A program made the position numbers and the translations under genes. From positions 88,749 to 152,748 of IMG/VR virus record IMGVR_UViG_2825252539_000001: a stretch of DNA of 64,000 nucleotides. One strand, 5' to 3'. The DNA is from a virus (Duplodnaviria > Caudoviricetes). The first letter of the stretch is position 1. Each line of letters starts with the position of its first letter. The notes beneath the pieces are model-generated. The model had not been told where the DNA came from and made no database searches. It saw nothing but the letters and a program-made list of their open reading frames with translations. Shown here in pieces: positions 16,689 to 26,096 of this stretch.

Positions 16689-17804
16689 GTGGCGATTCCG
16701 TCAACAGGTACGAGCTGGAAAGATTCCGGCCTCTCGGACCACGACAACCGGTTCGGCATTCGTGGCACTCTTGCCGCGGTTATCATCCGCGACAACCGTG
16801 GTCCCGCTACCAATATCAGCCCTTGGGTCGAGGACGGTCTCGGCGGCATCGAGGAGAACTGGTCACCGTTCGCAGCGGACGGCAGCATTCGCGATGACCT
16901 GTTCCACACCATCCGTGTTAACGGTGAATGGATCACCAACCCGAACCCGAACGAGGGTTTCTGGTTGATCGGCGCCGTGTCCGAAGACGGTGGCATCGAG
17001 CGTGAGCCGAAGATCACCCAGGACAACGTCAAGATCCTGCAGTCCACCGCGCCGTGGGACACCGACATCACCGAAGAGGACGTGACGGTCACCTTCACCG
17101 GTTACGAGACGCTCAAGCCTCTGCTGAACCGGCTGGAGATGAACCTGCCCCTGTCGGACTCGTCCGGTAACCCGATCGTCGAAGATCCGGGTACCAAGGG
17201 CTTCACGATCTCCAAGCCGGTGGATTACGATCCGCCGGACCGCCAGATCATCCTGATCTTTGGTAAGCGTCGCGCCGGCAAGCATATCTACACCGCAGAA
17301 GGCTACAGCCTCTGCAAGCTGTCGGATATCGGCAAGCGCACGCACTCGAAGACCGACGAAGATGCTGCGTCGCTGAGCTTTACGGTTCTGCCCGACCCGT
17401 ATCTGATGGATAAGGACGCTGCGAACCCTGGCTCCGACGAGCTGGTTCCGGCCCTGTGGACCAAGTGGACCGCGGGCGATGGCTGGACCGCAATCGGCGG
17501 TGTACCGGTATTCCCGGGTGCGGCCCCGACCGCGACCCAGACCGGCGCTACGACCGCGACTGTCGCGTTTACCGCGGCAATCGGTGGCGGCGATCCGTTC
17601 GACTACACCGTGGAAAAGGCTGCCGGCCCGTCGTACTCGTCTTGGACGAACGCGACTGTTGGTTCGACCAGCGGCACGTCCACGGTCACGCTTGGCATCA
17701 CCGGCCTGACCACCGCGACGTCGTACAAGTTCCGCGTCAAGGCGACTGGAACCAACGGCAACAGCTCGACGTCCGCGAATTCCAACTCGGTCACCACTTC
17801 CTAA
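16689..17804 (+). CDS. Major tail (tube) protein with a C-terminal Fn3-like domain
   Basis: Mycobacteriophage-type IRDNRG...NWSPFAADG; GLTTATSYKFRVKA Fn3 signature; GTG is best spaced from AAGGAG (ATG 16683 is the alternative). Confidence 0.88.
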   Translation: MAIPSTGTSWKDSGLSDHDNRFGIRGTLAAVIIRDNRGPATNISPWVEDGLGGIEENWSPFAADGSIRDDLFHTIRVNGEWITNPNPNEGFWLIGAVSEDGGIEREPKITQDNVKILQSTAPWDTDITEEDVTVTFTGYETLKPLLNRLEMNLPLSDSSGNPIVEDPGTKGFTISKPVDYDPPDRQIILIFGKRRAGKHIYTAEGYSLCKLSDIGKRTHSKTDEDAASLSFTVLPDPYLMDKDAANPGSDELVPALWTKWTAGDGWTAIGGVPVFPGAAPTATQTGATTATVAFTAAIGGGDPFDYTVEKAAGPSYSSWTNATVGSTSGTSTVTLGITGLTTATSYKFRVKATGTNGNSSTSANSNSVTTS

Positions 17805-17811
17805 GCAGTAC

Positions 17812-17864
17812 CCCCGGCAGGCGTTCATCGGCTGGCGCCTGCCGGGGTGCTCCACCTTCAGCCG
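17812..17864 (+). other. Hairpin or H-type pseudoknot after the tail-tube gene
   Basis: 12-bp stem CCCCGGCAGGCG/CGCCTGCCGGGG; loop CGGCTG complementary to CAGCCG at 17859-17864. Confidence 0.6.
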
Positions 17865-17889
17865 TCTCAAACCATTAGGGGAATAACCA

Positions 17890-18411
17890 ATGAAGCAGCC
17901 GAAATTCGAGAGCGCCGGTCCCGCAGAGGACGCGCGCCTTCAGGCTGAGATGTACGACAGCATTTTCTCTTCGACGCCACTGAAGCTCGACAACGGCGAG
18001 ACTTTGATGATCCCGCCGCACCCGGACTTCGGCATGTTGGACGACGACCGCATGGAGGACTACGAAGACCTCCTGATGGAGGTCGAGGACTATGACCGCG
18101 AGCCGGATGTCTTCATCCCGGAGCAGACGTTGTCCGATGGCGCCGTTGTTCCGTCGGAGACCATCAAGGGCCAGCTGAAGCGCCCCTTCCGCAAGGACGG
18201 CGTGCGCGTCAAGCCCGCGCATTCGGTGCGCCTGGTTCAGGCCGCTATCGGTCCGGATGACTACGCGAAGCTTCGTGCCGGCGGCAAGTCCGCGGCCGAT
18301 GTCTGGAAGATCTGGGGCAAGCAGGGATTGGAGATCCAAGCACGCCGCGACCCCAAAAGTGAAGGAAGCGTTGTGGCTCTGGGTGCAGTTCCCGAGGCCG
18401 ATAGCGAGTGA
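17890..18411 (+). CDS. Tail assembly chaperone (G)
   Basis: Between tail tube and tape measure; CCCAAAA near its 3' end. Confidence 0.82.
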   Translation: MKQPKFESAGPAEDARLQAEMYDSIFSSTPLKLDNGETLMIPPHPDFGMLDDDRMEDYEDLLMEVEDYDREPDVFIPEQTLSDGAVVPSETIKGQLKRPFRKDGVRVKPAHSVRLVQAAIGPDDYAKLRAGGKSAADVWKIWGKQGLEIQARRDPKSEGSVVALGAVPEADSE

Positions 18412-18820
18412 CCTTTCGCGGTTTCACAACCGCCGAATAGCTGACTGGCACAGAGGTACTCGTGATGAGAACGGGTACCTCGTGCTCAGTAGCTATGAGC
18501 TTTTGGAGCTGTGCAATCAGCTCCCCGCCCAATCGGCCCTCAAGACCGCAATCCGCGGCGGAGAGTGGTCGGAAGAAGAGGCGATGCGGGCCTTGACGGC
18601 AAATGAAACGTCAAGCCTACGAGCGATTCTGCAAGTCGTACACGGCGGCAAGTCCGGAGCGAAGCCTCCGTTGGTATTCCGTTCCGTCTCCGAGCGCGAG
18701 GAGCGCGAAGAGATCGACGAAGCAATCGAGGAAGCGCGCGAGAGCGTCTTCGACTTCGCGGACTTCACATCCAAGGTCGTACCTCAACAAGTCGAAAGTG
18801 ACGACGACGAAGACGAATAG
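18352..18820 (+). CDS. Frameshifted extension of the tail assembly chaperone (T)
   Basis: Overlapping +1 frame ORF (PRPIASDLSRFH..IADWHRG) entered near CCC AAA A at 18352-18358. Confidence 0.72.
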
Positions 18821-18837
18821 CAACCAAGGGGGCGACT

Positions 18838-21800
18838 GTGGCAATCCATCTTGACATCATTGCCAGGCTGCAAGAACGCCGCCTCCGGCGCGATGCGGAC
18901 CGAATGGCTCGCGATCTCGAACGAATGGGTGACGAGCACAACCGCGCCTATTCCCGCGGCATGGGCCAGAATCCGGATCGCATCAACGACGCACTCCGTC
19001 CCGACGCCGCACAGCTTCGGCGCGACTTTGAGCGCTTGGGCATGTCGATCTCGGACTCGGTTGCTGACGGTATCGCCCGTCACCGCCCGCGCGTGCGGCA
19101 AGAGATGGAACGCACGATTCGCGCGTCGGACAATCTCAACGATCGCGAGCGGAATCTCCGCAGCGCCATGCAGTCTCGCCAGCGGTTGGCCGAACAGATT
19201 GCTCGTGACGAACGCTTCGTCACCGAGGAGCTGCAGCGTCGTGCACGCGTCGTCGATCAGCTGACATCCCTGCAGGACCGCTTGAACGCGGCCCGGGATG
19301 CTGAAGCTCGGATTGCCGAGGATGTTGCACGTCGCAAGCGTGACGTCGAGTCGCGGATGCAGCGAAGCAGGTCTTCGGACAGCCTTATGGCTAGCAACTC
19401 CGACCGCGAGCGCGAGCTTCGGGAACTTGAGGATGCGACGCGAGAGCTGGGTGACGCACAACGGGACCTGGCCGAACGCTCACGTGAGGTCGAAGACATC
19501 GAGAATCGAGTCAACGACACTCGGCGCGAGTCGAGCAATAGCGCACACGATCTCGCTGACGCGAACGAGCGACTGCTTAATAGCCAGGATCGCCTAGAGC
19601 GTTCTGACCGCGACATCATCCGACGTAGCGAGTCGATTCGCCGAGCACACCGCGACCGTGCAAACGCACTGATGAATTTGCGCGATGCAATGACGAATCA
19701 GGGCCGCTCTGGTGGCGGTGGTGGAGGCGGCGGGGGAGGCGGAGGCCGATTTAGCCAACGGGCTAGTTCGTTCTTCTCGTCGTTCCCTGGCATCCCCGCA
19801 TCGTTGCCTCCGATTATCGGCGGCACCCTGCTCGTCACCATGATCGGTGAGATCGGCGTCCTTGCAAAGGCTGTCGTCACCGCGTCACAGTCCCTGTGGC
19901 TTCTGCCAGCTGCCGCAACGGCCGCGGGCGCCGGCTTCGGCACCCTGACGCTAGCTACGCACGGCTTCGACCAGGCCCTCAAAGACATGGGCGACCCGGA
20001 GAAGTTCGCACAGTCACTACAGAGCCTCTCTCCGAATGCGCAGCAGGCGGCCCTTTCGATCCAGGCCTTGGCGAAGGGTCCTCTGCACGACCTGCAGCAG
20101 AGTGCTCAAAACAACCTGTTCGACGGTGTTGGTGAGCAACTGTTCCGCGTGTCCGAGAGGTTCACCGCGCCCATCAAGGGCTTGACGGACAGCATTGCAT
20201 CGTCGTTCAACGGCATGTTCAAGGGCATCGTCGATCAGTTGATGACGCCCGAGACGACGTCGGCGATTCAGAACATCATCAACAACGTTCGCGAGTTCTT
20301 CAAAGAGCTGCAGCCCGTGGGTGCTTCGCTCACGCGGGCATTCGCCGATATCGCGTCGACCGGATCGGACTTCCTTCCGGGCCTGGCGCGCGGCATCGCT
20401 GACGCGGCAAAGAACTTCGCAGATTTCATCCACAACGCACAACAGAGCGGCAAGCTCCGCGAGTGGATTGACGACGGTATCAAGGCTCTGAGTGAGCTGG
20501 CCAAGGCCGTCTGGGACGTCGGCAAGTACTTGTACGACGCATTCTCGGTCGACGATATCAACGAATTCAAGACCGGCCTAATGGATCTCGTCGATCTGAT
20601 CGGCTTTGTCGCTGACGTTGTCAGCGCGCTGGGCACGGCGACGAACACCACCATCGGGTTCATCAACGATATCCCTGAAGCGACCCAAACCGCGATCAAC
20701 GTCTTGATCAGCATGATGAACAAGGCCAAGGACGCGATCCTGGGCGGACTGGCGTGGCCGTTCAAGAAGGTCATAGACCTACTGAACAACATCCCTGGCG
20801 TCAACATCCCCAACAACAGCCCGTGGGAGAACTGGAACATCCCCCAGATCCCCGACGGGGCATGGGGTGACTGGAGTTCGCCGGGTAGTCGTGGCGGAGG
20901 TCGTCCCGGAGGTCCGTTCGGCACGCAGGGCACCCCCGATAGGCGTGTCCGTGGTAGCGACGGCGGGTTCTACAACCCCGTACAGCCAGGAACCGTTGGC
21001 TCCGTGCCGATTCCAGGCACCAATCAGTGGGGTATTCGCGACGACTCCGGCAGTGTCTCCTCGAACAGTCTGGGGCGCCTGCATGAGCAGGTTCCGAGCG
21101 ACGGCCCCAGTAACTACCCGGGGCCGTTCCCCGTCCCCGGCGCTCCGGACAAGCGAAGCGACAAAGATCGGCGCGACGCCTTCTGGAACACGCACGATCC
21201 GAATCAATTCCTCCCTCCGGAACTTCAGGGCATCAATCCGGGAGATCTGCCGAACATCGGACCGTCCAGCGCAGCGATGCCTGCCGGTGGTGGTGGCACG
21301 GCCGGCGGCAACCTCGCCGCGATGTACGCCCTCGCACAGGGCGCCTCGGGCCGGACGGCTTATGCCGCGGCATCGGATCTCGCTAACGGGCTTGCCGACT
21401 GCTCGGGTTCTGTTTCTGACCTGTATGAGGTACTGACTCGGGGCGCAGCATCACCTGAGCGGATGTTCACTACGACGAACTTCGCTAGCGATGCAGAAGC
21501 GGCGAAACTCGGCTTCCTTCCGGGCTTCATGCCTGGCGCGTTCAACATCGGCGTCAATCCGTACCCGGGACAGAGCGGCCACATGGCTGCGACTCTCCCG
21601 AACGGTGTCAACTTCGAAGGTGGCGGTGGAACCGGTGGCGGTGCACAGTACGGCGGTAACGCTGCCGGCGCGCTCAGCTCCCAGTTTCAAAAGCACTACT
21701 ACCTTCCCGTAGGCGCTAACGGCAATCAGCCGCCCGTCTACTTCGGTACCGACGGAAAGCCCTACTCCCAGCCGAGGTACGGCTACTACGACGTCGACCA

Positions 21801-23685
21801 GAGCAAGATCGCCGACGCTGCTCACGATGTGTGGCAGCAGGGCATTGATCTGCGCGACGCTCGCATGAACGAGGCGTTCGTCAATCAAGATCCGGGCGCT
21901 TCGGTCAAGGAGCGGTCCGACGCTCACGAGAAGGTCATCGAAGAGGGCTGGCAGTACAACAAGGCGCTGCAGAAACTCAACGAGGCTCAACAGGGCACCT
22001 GGCGAAAGCTCAGCGATTCGGCCACCAGCATGGCCGACGGTATGCAGCAGATCGGCGCCAAGCTCGACGAGGACTTCGGTATCTCCAAGGGTTTGCCTGG
22101 CATCTTCGAGAATCTGACGAAGCTGCTAGCCAACCTGGCTATGGCGCCCGTTATTGGCGCGCTGTCTGGCGTGACGAAGTCCTTCGGTACGGCCGGCCCT
22201 GGTACCGGTCTCTTGGGGTCGTTGGCCCCGCGCGAGAACATGTACGGCCAGTTGATGCCAAACGCCCTCGGGCAGACCCTGCCGCTGAATAACCAGAGCC
22301 TTCCACCGGGTGCTCCGTACGGAGGTACGCCCACCACAGGAACGCCTTATGGTGGGACGCCCACTTCCGGTTCTCCCTATGGCGGGACACCCACTGCGGG
22401 TAGTCCGAGCGGACCGGGCATTGGAATGCAGCCTCAATCCCCGGGTATCGGCATGCAGCCTGGTTCCACGCCGAGCTATGCGCCGCTCACGCCCGATCAG
22501 TTGACTAATCCGGGCTTGACGAATCCGACGCCCATGACACCTCACGGGTTTATGGGCAACGGTGGCGACACGGGCGGGTTCTTCTCCGCGTACAGGTCGG
22601 CCGCCGCAGCCGGAAACCTTCTCGGTGCTGCTCGACGCAGCCTCGGTGGAGGGGATGCGAGTGCCGGAAACTTCAACCCGGGCATGCGAATTGACACCAG
22701 CAACGCGTCAGTTGCTCCGCCCTTTAATCCGAACGGGCTAGATCCCAACACCCTTTCATGGGGATTGAACGACGGTGAAGCAACGCCTGGCGAGGGAACT
22801 CCCGGGTGGAACCCGATCACAGGTCCAGTCACGGCCCGCGGGCTCGGAACTGGAGCTACCCCGATGGGTGGCGGTGCGATGGGGCCTTTGGGCTTCGGCG
22901 GATTCGATCCGACGCAGCCTGGCAACGGGAATCTTCCGGGTCAGATTGGGCCGTTCCCTGTCCCGGGCTCGATCTCGTCTGCGTCGGCTGCCGGCATGGC
23001 CGGAGCTGGGATTCTCGGTGGCGCGAGAGCGTCTTATAACCCTGGCTCACCTTTACAGCTGCCAAACCAAACCGGAACCTGGAACACCCCTTCGAGGGGT
23101 ATTCCGCTCGGGGAGGGTATGCCGCAATCTCCCGGTATCGGGCTTAGCGGCGGCGGGTTGCTCGGCATGGTTGGCTCGTCGATTTCCTCGGGAATCGCTA
23201 TGGCCGGCATGGCTGGGTCTATGGGCATGGACGGTGGCGCGGGTGGGGCTTTGGCCTCCGCCGCGGCGCAGATCGGTATCGATGAGATCAACCGAGCGAT
23301 CAGCTTCGGTGCTCAAGCGGCCGGCATCGGCGTCCAGGGTCTCATGGAGACCTTCCTGCCTGTCGAGAGCAAGCTAGCCGACCCGACACGCGGTTGGTTC
23401 GGCCGAATCCTCGGCGGCGTCGCAGGAATTCGTCCCGTTGCAGACAACCTGGCCGGCGTCCTGAAGGGCGGCGGAAAGGGTGACCGCCCGGGCGAGGGCG
23501 ACATGCCTCTCACACCTGAGCAGGTCGCAGCGCAGAAGGCGCAGGACGCTGCAGCGAATCCCAACAACAGCAATGTCACCAACAACATCGACGTCAACGC
23601 CGAGCTTCACGGGGCTCCGGATGCCAACGCCGAAGCGCTACAGAACCTTACGTGGCGCGCGGCAGCTCCGCCAGGCGGTCGATAA
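18838..23685 (+). CDS. Tape measure protein with an embedded NlpC/P60-like motif
   Basis: 1615 aa; helical charged N-terminus; DCSGSVS...GHMAATL. Confidence 0.92.
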   Translation: MAIHLDIIARLQERRLRRDADRMARDLERMGDEHNRAYSRGMGQNPDRINDALRPDAAQLRRDFERLGMSISDSVADGIARHRPRVRQEMERTIRASDNLNDRERNLRSAMQSRQRLAEQIARDERFVTEELQRRARVVDQLTSLQDRLNAARDAEARIAEDVARRKRDVESRMQRSRSSDSLMASNSDRERELRELEDATRELGDAQRDLAERSREVEDIENRVNDTRRESSNSAHDLADANERLLNSQDRLERSDRDIIRRSESIRRAHRDRANALMNLRDAMTNQGRSGGGGGGGGGGGGRFSQRASSFFSSFPGIPASLPPIIGGTLLVTMIGEIGVLAKAVVTASQSLWLLPAAATAAGAGFGTLTLATHGFDQALKDMGDPEKFAQSLQSLSPNAQQAALSIQALAKGPLHDLQQSAQNNLFDGVGEQLFRVSERFTAPIKGLTDSIASSFNGMFKGIVDQLMTPETTSAIQNIINNVREFFKELQPVGASLTRAFADIASTGSDFLPGLARGIADAAKNFADFIHNAQQSGKLREWIDDGIKALSELAKAVWDVGKYLYDAFSVDDINEFKTGLMDLVDLIGFVADVVSALGTATNTTIGFINDIPEATQTAINVLISMMNKAKDAILGGLAWPFKKVIDLLNNIPGVNIPNNSPWENWNIPQIPDGAWGDWSSPGSRGGGRPGGPFGTQGTPDRRVRGSDGGFYNPVQPGTVGSVPIPGTNQWGIRDDSGSVSSNSLGRLHEQVPSDGPSNYPGPFPVPGAPDKRSDKDRRDAFWNTHDPNQFLPPELQGINPGDLPNIGPSSAAMPAGGGGTAGGNLAAMYALAQGASGRTAYAAASDLANGLADCSGSVSDLYEVLTRGAASPERMFTTTNFASDAEAAKLGFLPGFMPGAFNIGVNPYPGQSGHMAATLPNGVNFEGGGGTGGGAQYGGNAAGALSSQFQKHYYLPVGANGNQPPVYFGTDGKPYSQPRYGYYDVDQSKIADAAHDVWQQGIDLRDARMNEAFVNQDPGASVKERSDAHEKVIEEGWQYNKALQKLNEAQQGTWRKLSDSATSMADGMQQIGAKLDEDFGISKGLPGIFENLTKLLANLAMAPVIGALSGVTKSFGTAGPGTGLLGSLAPRENMYGQLMPNALGQTLPLNNQSLPPGAPYGGTPTTGTPYGGTPTSGSPYGGTPTAGSPSGPGIGMQPQSPGIGMQPGSTPSYAPLTPDQLTNPGLTNPTPMTPHGFMGNGGDTGGFFSAYRSAAAAGNLLGAARRSLGGGDASAGNFNPGMRIDTSNASVAPPFNPNGLDPNTLSWGLNDGEATPGEGTPGWNPITGPVTARGLGTGATPMGGGAMGPLGFGGFDPTQPGNGNLPGQIGPFPVPGSISSASAAGMAGAGILGGARASYNPGSPLQLPNQTGTWNTPSRGIPLGEGMPQSPGIGLSGGGLLGMVGSSISSGIAMAGMAGSMGMDGGAGGALASAAAQIGIDEINRAISFGAQAAGIGVQGLMETFLPVESKLADPTRGWFGRILGGVAGIRPVADNLAGVLKGGGKGDRPGEGDMPLTPEQVAAQKAQDAAANPNNSNVTNNIDVNAELHGAPDANAEALQNLTWRAAAPPGGR

Positions 23686-23771
23686 GAGGCCGGAACCGGG
23701 TGAAGAAGTCTTTCACCCGGTCCGCCTCGCACTACAAAAATGAATGGGGGACACCTTGCCATATCCGGTGA
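23686..23771 (+). other. Hairpin plus a 23-codon micro-ORF (23700-23771) coupled to the next gene
   Basis: ACCGGGTGAA/TTCACCCGGT stem; its TGA overlaps the in-frame GTG 23768 of the minor tail gene. Confidence 0.45.
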
Positions 23772-26083
23772 AGCAATACCCCGACTATGTCACGCCGCAC
23801 GGCGAGTACCACATCTTCAAGGGCCGCATCCCGCAGGTTGTTCTTACGGCGCATGACGAATCGGTGGAATTTCACCTGATGGGCGGTCGATCCATAGTCG
23901 ACCATGTCAACCCGGAATCGGTACGGCTCAAAGATATCAAGGGCCTTGTCGCGCCGTGGAAGACGATCGATCAGAAGGGCGCCACCCAGGACGGCATCAC
24001 TTTCGTTACCTCCCTTGGTGATCCAATCAAGATTGAAGCGGTCGTCGAGGCTCGCGGCCGAGATCCGCAGCGCTGCCGCGAGGTGTACAACGACCTTGTC
24101 GCCTCGCTTGATAGTGAGAAGACAGGGACTCTTTCGTTCTACACCCATGAGCAGGGCCGCTGGTGGGGTGATGTCCGCTGGCTAGAAGCGCCCGACGAGA
24201 ACCTGGAGAAGATCCAGGTCCCTCGCCAGCAGGTAACACTGAAACTACGTGTCGACGACGGCTTTTGGCGCTCGGACACCGACACCGACTCCTTCGGATT
24301 CTCGTATGACGATATGAAGGACACCTTCGACGTCAGCTACAAGAACCGGCAGACCCTCGGTCCCAAGTGGCCACAGTATTACGACCCCGTGGGTATCGGA
24401 TTCTGCTACGCCGACAACGGTCGAGCGATTTGGAATGACGATCCCGAACAGATCTTCTTCACTGGTACCAAGTCCGTCATATGTGGTCCATTCAAGGACT
24501 ACTCAGCGGCAGCTGACGACGTCGATGTCTCCATCAAGTTCAACAATACCCCGGAGTATACGACGGGATCTGGTGCGGCCAACGATATTTGGGCGCGCAT
24601 GGGTCGCAACCTCGACGGGACGTGGAACGGATACGGCGTTCGGGCGCGTATCGGTTGGGGCTATATCCGGATCTCGTACTTCATCAATTTCGAAGAACAC
24701 GTCATGCAGGACACGTTCGCGCTCATCCCGCCCCTTGCTGGCGAGATCTGGACCCTGCGCTGCACTGGACGAAACTTTCAAGTGCGTCGCAGTGGCACTA
24801 CGGTTCGCGAACACACCGAGGTTGGCACTAACTCATACCTTGGCGTTAACTACCGGGGGGTCGGCTTCGGTATGCAGGCCGGCGCCGCAGTCGTCACTCA
24901 AGCAACGCCGGGTGCCATCCATAGCATCTCGGTCGACTCCAGCTTGTTAGATCCCTTCGACGACGACTACAGCCCCGGATTGGGTCCTGATTGGCCGCTG
25001 TACTACATCGGCCGTGGAAAGTCGTTCATTCGCGCTCATGGCAGCCACGCGGAGTGGATCGACAACGGCGACACAGACACTCAGGTGGTTGTCAACGGTC
25101 CGTACGAGGATTTCAATACCGCAACCAACAACCAAGTCATCAACATGGTCCTTGGTTCGTTCCAGGAGTTGTCGTATCCCGATTCCGGTGCCAACGACCT
25201 CTGGGGGCGCATGGGCCGCAACGTCGATGGCAGTTGGAACGGCGACGGCATCCGGATGCGGATCGAGAACGTCACCGTATCGCTCACACGATTCAACAAC
25301 TTCGTCCCGACACTGATGCGGTCACGCGTGATCCTCCCGCCGGCCCCCGGTGACAAGTTCACGTTGATCTGCGGTGACGAGGGTAACGAACGCCAATTCC
25401 GCGTACGACGCAATGGTTCAGATGTTCTCGTTCACAAAGAGACCGACGAGGGCTCCATGGTGGGGTCTGATTACCGCGGTGTCGGCTTCGGCATGAAGGC
25501 CGGCGGAGCTGCAATCACGCAGGCAACCCCCGCGAACGTCAAAGAGATTACGGCTGGCGACAACTCAACCGTGAGTCAGACGGGGTTCCTGTATCGCAAA
25601 AACTGTGGCGATCAGCCCATGTACGACGACTACATCGTCTTCGGGCCGGGAACCTTCCGAATCTGGAACGGTCCCAACGCAGGTCCCAACGACTACGTCG
25701 AGTTCGGTCCGCTGCTTCCTAACCAGATCATGTATCTGCGAACGCATCCCGGCAAGAGGTCTGTAGAGGATCTCACCGTCAAGCCGGCAACCCCGCAAGA
25801 GCAAGCGCTCGTCGATGCCGCACTCAAGCAGTACTTGTCATTCGCGTTCGGCAATAACGTGCCGGCGCTTGTGAAAGCGTCGATATCAAAGTTCGGAACC
25901 GCTACTGCGCAGGGCAATCCGTACACCCTGCTTACCGGTAGGTGGTCCGACGACTGTGCCATTCCGGCGAAATCACCTGGCAATCCGCAAAAGACGTACT
26001 CCGTCAAGGTCCAGATCGACAACGGGTCAGTGGACTCGCACATCATCGCGTCCGGAGTTCCGTTGCGGCGCTATCCAATGTAG
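23744..26083 (+). CDS. Minor tail protein (distal-tail-like) with a tandemly duplicated internal domain
   Basis: Follows the tape measure; two copies of GAND(I/L)W.RMGRN.DG.WNG and YRGVGFGM.AG; alternative start GTG 23768. Confidence 0.85.
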   Translation: MGDTLPYPVKQYPDYVTPHGEYHIFKGRIPQVVLTAHDESVEFHLMGGRSIVDHVNPESVRLKDIKGLVAPWKTIDQKGATQDGITFVTSLGDPIKIEAVVEARGRDPQRCREVYNDLVASLDSEKTGTLSFYTHEQGRWWGDVRWLEAPDENLEKIQVPRQQVTLKLRVDDGFWRSDTDTDSFGFSYDDMKDTFDVSYKNRQTLGPKWPQYYDPVGIGFCYADNGRAIWNDDPEQIFFTGTKSVICGPFKDYSAAADDVDVSIKFNNTPEYTTGSGAANDIWARMGRNLDGTWNGYGVRARIGWGYIRISYFINFEEHVMQDTFALIPPLAGEIWTLRCTGRNFQVRRSGTTVREHTEVGTNSYLGVNYRGVGFGMQAGAAVVTQATPGAIHSISVDSSLLDPFDDDYSPGLGPDWPLYYIGRGKSFIRAHGSHAEWIDNGDTDTQVVVNGPYEDFNTATNNQVINMVLGSFQELSYPDSGANDLWGRMGRNVDGSWNGDGIRMRIENVTVSLTRFNNFVPTLMRSRVILPPAPGDKFTLICGDEGNERQFRVRRNGSDVLVHKETDEGSMVGSDYRGVGFGMKAGGAAITQATPANVKEITAGDNSTVSQTGFLYRKNCGDQPMYDDYIVFGPGTFRIWNGPNAGPNDYVEFGPLLPNQIMYLRTHPGKRSVEDLTVKPATPQEQALVDAALKQYLSFAFGNNVPALVKASISKFGTATAQGNPYTLLTGRWSDDCAIPAKSPGNPQKTYSVKVQIDNGSVDSHIIASGVPLRRYPM

Positions 26084-26096
26084 AAGGGGGGTGTAG

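Noticed and set aside
19711-19746. Poly-Gly GGN run in the tape measure
   Set aside because: Mixed codons and in frame; an ordinary linker rather than a phase-variable tract
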